From Trichosphaerium sp. ATCC 40318 (lineage: Eukaryota; Protista; Tubulinea): a DNA stretch of 64,000 bases. The DNA is taken from assembly GCA_038496445.1 (NCBI GenBank), contig JALMLS010000484.1:124001-188000 (forward strand), written 5' to 3'. The position numbers and the translations under genes are program-made. Below, piece by piece: positions 60,901-64,000 of this stretch; positions within the stretch are counted from its first letter, which is position 1; the number at the start of each line of letters is the position of its first letter. Under the pieces are notes generated by a model, which saw only the letters and a program-made list of their open reading frames with translations, did no database searches and had not been told where the DNA came from.

Positions 60901-63900
60901 TCTAGTCCAATGCTCGTCATAGAAATACCCTAAATCATCCGTATGCTCAACAACAACATTCGTAAAGTACCGATAGTAATCTTCAGTGTCATTTCTGACC
61001 ATTGAAGAGCACTCAAACATATTATGGAAAGGTACAGCAGCTGTCCAAGTATCATCACATTCATCTTCACGAACAGTTTTATCCCAAAAGTATCCAGGAT
61101 AACCACACTTTGCAGAGTAGTGTTTATCAAATGAAATGACAGTCTTGGTTCTATTACCAACCAATGGCGAGTGAATCTCAAGCTTCAAAGTATCACACTC
61201 ATATGACGGAGTCAACCCAACTATAGGAATACTTCCAGTACCTAGCAAGAAGCATAAGAGCCAAGAGGGCATAAAGGAAAGAGCCTAGCTTTAAAAAGAA
61301 CGTACTCAATCTTTCAACAACTGCAAATTCACAAGTTTGATCTTGGATTTTCTTGTCACATTTCTCATCCCAGAAACCGGAACGGCAAGAACAAAATTCG
61401 TTCCCAAATCCCATATCTTCATCATAATCCTGAACAACACACTCTCCATTTTGACATGTCGAACTATTAGCCTTACAGACACCAATAGGTTCCATACCTA
61501 CAAAGTAGTTATGTAAAATCAACATCAAAAGTATAACTCCACCAGTTGACTCAAACGTCAACCAGCTTTTCCTTGATAACTTACCGACATCCAGTTCGGG
61601 AATATACTCAGTATTCGATGAAAAAAACGTAGTTAGCGTGCTAGGGAAATGACGTCTAACATTACGACTTAAGTTATCACAACTCCCCAAAATTAAATGA
61701 AAATGAGGCTCTGTAATAAGCTTCAACTCATCCAAAGCTAAAGGCAATATTATAACTCCATCACCCTCCTGAATATTTACATGCAACTCAGTAATGAGTG
61801 CGTCATCATTTTGGTGACTAGGATGGAATATAGGTTCCAGATCACTCTAAAGACAACAGTGAGAAAAAAAGAAAAAAAAGTAAACAAAGAGTACCCAATA
61901 ACTTAGATTCTCATTCCATTCGAGCTCTGGAGCATTCTTTCTTCTATAAATAGAAACGCAAGCATCCCCTGTACGTAAAGCAGTTGAAGTCATCTTAATC
62001 CTAAACTCAGCGCATGTAGCATAACGGAATGAGTCTGTCCAGCATTGAAGATCAAACTCAATTACCGAAAAAGCGCATCTATTATCAGGATAAATTGTCA
62101 AAATATCATCAGATGCTTGACCAGTATTATCCCTGAACAACGAGTTAGGTCCTTCTAATACAATAAAAGCTCCTTACCAACAAGCTGGGTTCAAAACACC
62201 GATATCTTGTGTAGCACAAAAATGAGAAGCAACAGGGTATTTGGCTGTATTAGCAACACATGCAACTGGTTTAGTTTGGCTGATTTTCATGGTAGAAAAT
62301 AAAGGCTCAGTGACAAAAGTAGGTCCTCCTCGTATCGTTGCATAGTTCCAGATATGTACAGCTACGAACAATGAAGTTAGCATATAGCAAAAGATCACAA
62401 GAGAGACGTACTTGATTCAGAAGTTGCATTTTTAGTATCAGGTGGAATTGTTCCAACTTCGAGGTCATAAATGATTGTATAAACAGTCCCCTGTTCAATT
62501 GTGCTTATTTTAAGACCACTTCCCCATAGATCGCCTTCTATATCAGGATAGCTTCTAACACCGTTCTTGTAGCGAGTGAATTCTACGTTACTTTTAACAA
62601 AACCCTACATTTGTGTTAGCACTTTTTCTTAGAAACAGTTTTTCGCACTTCTGGGAGTTCATCCCTTATAACAAGGTCGTAACCATCAGCTAATCCAGCA
62701 TTTAGTATAGATATACCAACAGTGAGGATATCTCCCCCAACAAGATTGCGGATATCAGCGTCAAATGGTTCAGAAAGCAGTTTGTCCTGTGTAAGCATTT
62801 CTGAGATTCTAGGAGAATCGCTTCCAGCTTCAGATACAGTGTACGCCAAGTTTTCAGAAAATACAGCAGAAGAAGGTCCCAGTGCACCCTTTTGAATATG
62901 TACATCGGGTGCTTGTATATACAAGACTGAGATATCCTCCATAAACTCTGTATAGTCTTCAGTAGCATGAGAAATAATACATATTTCTTCTTGACTGTCA
63001 GCTTTGGCATACGTTGTTCGCGCAGCGCATATCTAGGCAAATCATTTAGTTAACACTATTAATAAGTATGGTGGCGGTGTACGTACAACTTCAACTGTGG
63101 AAGGAGTATTTGTTGGGTCAACAGTATCCTCAATATGAACATAGATAGCATGTTCAGCATAAGATATTCTGAATTTACCATGTAACCCAAAACGCTCATA
63201 CCAAGAGCTTGTAGGAACTACAACACAACTATTCTCACTAGCCATAGACCCAACTTGCATATCCTGCTCGCTTTGTTCCGGCATGTCGAACGTAGGTTGA
63301 GGCAAAGCAAGTTTAAACTACCAAGAAATTAAACATACTGTAAATAAAACACATGCGTACAGTAAGCCCTTGAGTGTTACTTAGCGGCATCTCATACTTT
63401 AACTCAAATTGAAGCAAGTTATTTGGAGCTGCAGTAACAGCTTTAGTGAACGCAGGATCAGAAAGATCCTTGGAGATCCCAGAAGAAACAGAACCGTAGT
63501 CCAACCACAATGAACTGTCACGTGTGATAACACCAGATTCAATAAACGCCTGAGAAGCACAATCAACAAGTTCAAACTCAAGCCTTTAAAACAAGTAAGC
63601 ACTAACTAATTGGGAATCATAAAATCTATAAAACACTTACCTAGCTGCACTATTAAGAGTAGAGTTATGAGGAGAAGGAACTCCATTAAATCGTGTTTGC
63701 GATACAGTTGATGTAAACCTCATTTTTATTAATCCCTAGCAAACTGGTGTTAGGTTCGGCTCGTATGTATAAGATCACGTACTAGGTATCTTCTAGGGCT
63801 TCTAGTGATCCCTGGAGCAATATTCCAATGTTGAGTTGTTGTAGGGTTTTCAGTAGTGGGTCCAGTGTATTGCAAGATGTAATATTGATCTGGTACAGTG

Positions 63901-64000
63901 TACCAACGCTCATCATCCGTAATACCAAACTGAAACGAAGTTCCAGTACGAGTCAAACCATCAGGCAGCACATCAATCATTTGGACATTCTTCATACATA
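57959..64000 (-). CDS. Large type I cell-surface protein (5' end outside window): DUF11-like Ig repeats, EGF domain, Pro/Thr stalk, TM helix
   Basis: NVQMIDVLPDGL and GDILTVGISILNAG..YDLVIRDELP; CQNGEC..CSCRSGFWDEKCD; (LPPTT)n; TM followed by RKRR. Confidence 0.8.
60590..60812 (-). repeat. 15-nt coding minisatellite (LPPTT) x~13
   Basis: Direct repeat with diversified synonymous positions. Confidence 0.95.

Noticed and set aside
60461-60922. Gly/Val-rich plus-strand ORF
   Set aside because: Antisense shadow of the (LPPTT)n repeat.
1-64000. CRISPR array, rRNA or alternative genetic code
   Set aside because: No repeat-spacer array or rRNA motifs seen; genes end in TAA, TAG and TGA and read through cleanly once introns are removed.

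Overview
AT-rich, gene-dense eukaryotic DNA with many short (~40-110 nt) spliceosomal introns, so the ORF track shows exon fragments. The gene content (Zn2Cys6 factor, family-3 GPCR, Roco GTPase, F-box genes) suggests a free-living protist, possibly an amoebozoan; this is inference. About 22 protein genes can be assembled by hand: a mitochondrial carrier, a P450, ELP2, SAM decarboxylase, a GNS-like sulfatase, GLE1, a BAP31-like protein, four F-box genes, lectin/DUF4397/adhesin-like surface proteins and small secreted Cys-rich peptides. There is one tRNA-His, two intact hAT-type MITEs with 8-bp target-site duplications and one decayed foldback element. Highlights: (1) a spliced gene invisible in the ORF track that fuses an intact Pol-beta nucleotidyltransferase to a T4 Rnl1-like RNA ligase domain with eroded catalytic motifs; (2) a MORN-Roc-COR-ADP-ribosyltransferase-receiver-like protein; (3) a head-to-head pair of secreted Cys-rich peptide genes whose promoter and signal peptide form a near-identical inverted repeat while the mature peptides diverge; (4) a candidate spliced, MAGDIS-like uORF ahead of SAM decarboxylase; (5) at least seven GC-AG introns; (6) strong CACGTG enrichment in introns and intergenic DNA. 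Exon structures and family calls are by-eye reconstructions; no searches were run.
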